DNA of 64,000 bases from Carcharhinus longimanus. Taxonomy: Eukaryota. Location: positions 12,262,158-12,326,157 of the forward strand of contig JASCQW010000156.1 of the NCBI GenBank assembly GCA_030264375.1. Direction: 5' to 3'. Positions 62,844 through 64,000 of this stretch are shown in pieces. How positions within the stretch are numbered: the stretch's first letter is position 1; the number at the start of each line of letters is the position of its first letter. The position numbers and the translations under genes are program-made. The notes below the pieces were generated by a model that was given only the letters and a program-made list of their open reading frames with translations, was not told the DNA's origin and did no database searches.

Positions 62844-63774
62844 TCATTTCTCTGCAGACTGGCAACTGATCCCTTCATTCGACTCAAAGACAGAGAAAAC
62901 AGTCTGACATCTGGAGCTGATGTTTCTGAAGTGATGGTTGGGTGGGGCAAATGTTCATGATTGTGGAATGACAAATAGAGTATAACATTTGCTGTGTGAC
63001 TAATTCTACATATATTATATGTAATATATATGACTACATCTGTACAAACCTATTTGTAGCTTTTCATTTATGCTCTTCAGATATATAAATAATGTCTTGA
63101 ATGCTTGCAAATACTAATCATCTATATATTGACTGTTGAAATCTTTATCTTGCACGAGGATGACTGAGAGAATTTTAGATGGGAGTCTAAGTGTACATAT
63201 GTTTCATTCAGTGAGACTTGTTGCTGAGGTTATATACATGGTACCATTTTATTTTCTTTAGAAATTGTTTGTTTGTTATACCTGTACAACTATAGCAATT
63301 TTTGTGCAATATGATCAGTTATTGTAGCTCCTTATCTAAATCTCAGAAAAGATTTAATATTTCAGCTGATAACAAAGCAGATTGAAAAATTATACTGACA
63401 CAAGGTGTGAAGTTTAATAAGTGTGAGGTGGTCTTGCTCATTGGGTGGAGAATCGATCAGAGCCCAGTGTCGCTTTTTTCCCAGAGGTCTGAAACAATTA
63501 CAAGTAATCAGGCAGAAGGGATCGGCCATCAATCCCTCAACTGAGGCAATTGTGAGTGGATTGGGGGCCATGGAGTAGTGGTTCCCAACAATTGAGGTTG
63601 TCATGTCCAAAGAAAGGGCAGGGGGTGGCTTTCAGTGGCTCCTCTTGCCAATGCTGAGTCCCTTGATCCAGCACAGACTGCCTGTCAACAAGGGACTTCC
63701 CCAGCCCCAGTAGCCCATTGGCAAACTCAACAGGGTTTGGTGGAAGGCCTCACCAACCTGACTACTGCCCAGGC

Positions 63775-63968
63775 CACCTACTGCCTTACCCACCTCACCC
63801 ACTTGCCAAACTATCAACTTGCCATGCTACCCACCTGGCATGCTACCCACCTGTCGCAGTAGCTACCTGCCACCCTACCCACCTGCCTCTTCACCAACTT
63901 GTCACCTTACCCACTTGCCACATTACCACCTGTCACCAGACCCGTCCACCACCTCACCCACCTACCAC
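63775..63968. repeat. Degenerate C-rich tandem repeat (cacc/tacccacctg)
   Basis: Repeated tacccacctg / cacctgcc / cacttgcc units. Confidence 0.7.
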
Positions 63969-64000
63969 ATGATGGGCTGATGCTGTTTGACTCTATGGTG

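Larger units (their letters stand above)
8669..64000 (+). other. PRDM16: PRDM16 intron 2 (probably continues past the window)
   Basis: Starts with a GT donor; no downstream PRDM16 exon recognised. A short divergent exon 3 could have been missed. Confidence 0.7.

Noticed and set aside
62845-62940. Possible PRDM16 exon 3 after tttctctgcag
   Set aside because: Translation does not resemble the expected exon and there is no convincing donor.

Overview
This is vertebrate genomic DNA from a draft assembly with N-gaps. It is most likely from a cartilaginous fish, given the HE1/V-SINE, SacSINE1/DeuSINE-like and LF-SINE-like elements plus many CR1 LINEs. It holds one host coding exon, PRDM16 exon 2 (8319-8668, + strand, 350 nt, start of the PR/SET domain). 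The rest is the end of intron 1 and at least 55 kb of intron 2; no exon 3 was recognised. The introns are filled with decayed CR1, L2, Rex/Babar, Gypsy, Harbinger/MITE and Penelope-like fragments, often nested, between repeat-poor motif-rich blocks that may be enhancers. The most unusual signal is a recurring class of short-range inverted rearrangements. These are a ~500-bp inversion inside a Gypsy pol bounded by a 9-bp inverted repeat, a ~440-bp inverted copy of downstream DNA inserted into a CR1, and two inverted copies of a ~330-bp segment inserted into two other CR1s. Repeat family names come from motif recognition and their boundaries are approximate; no database search was run.
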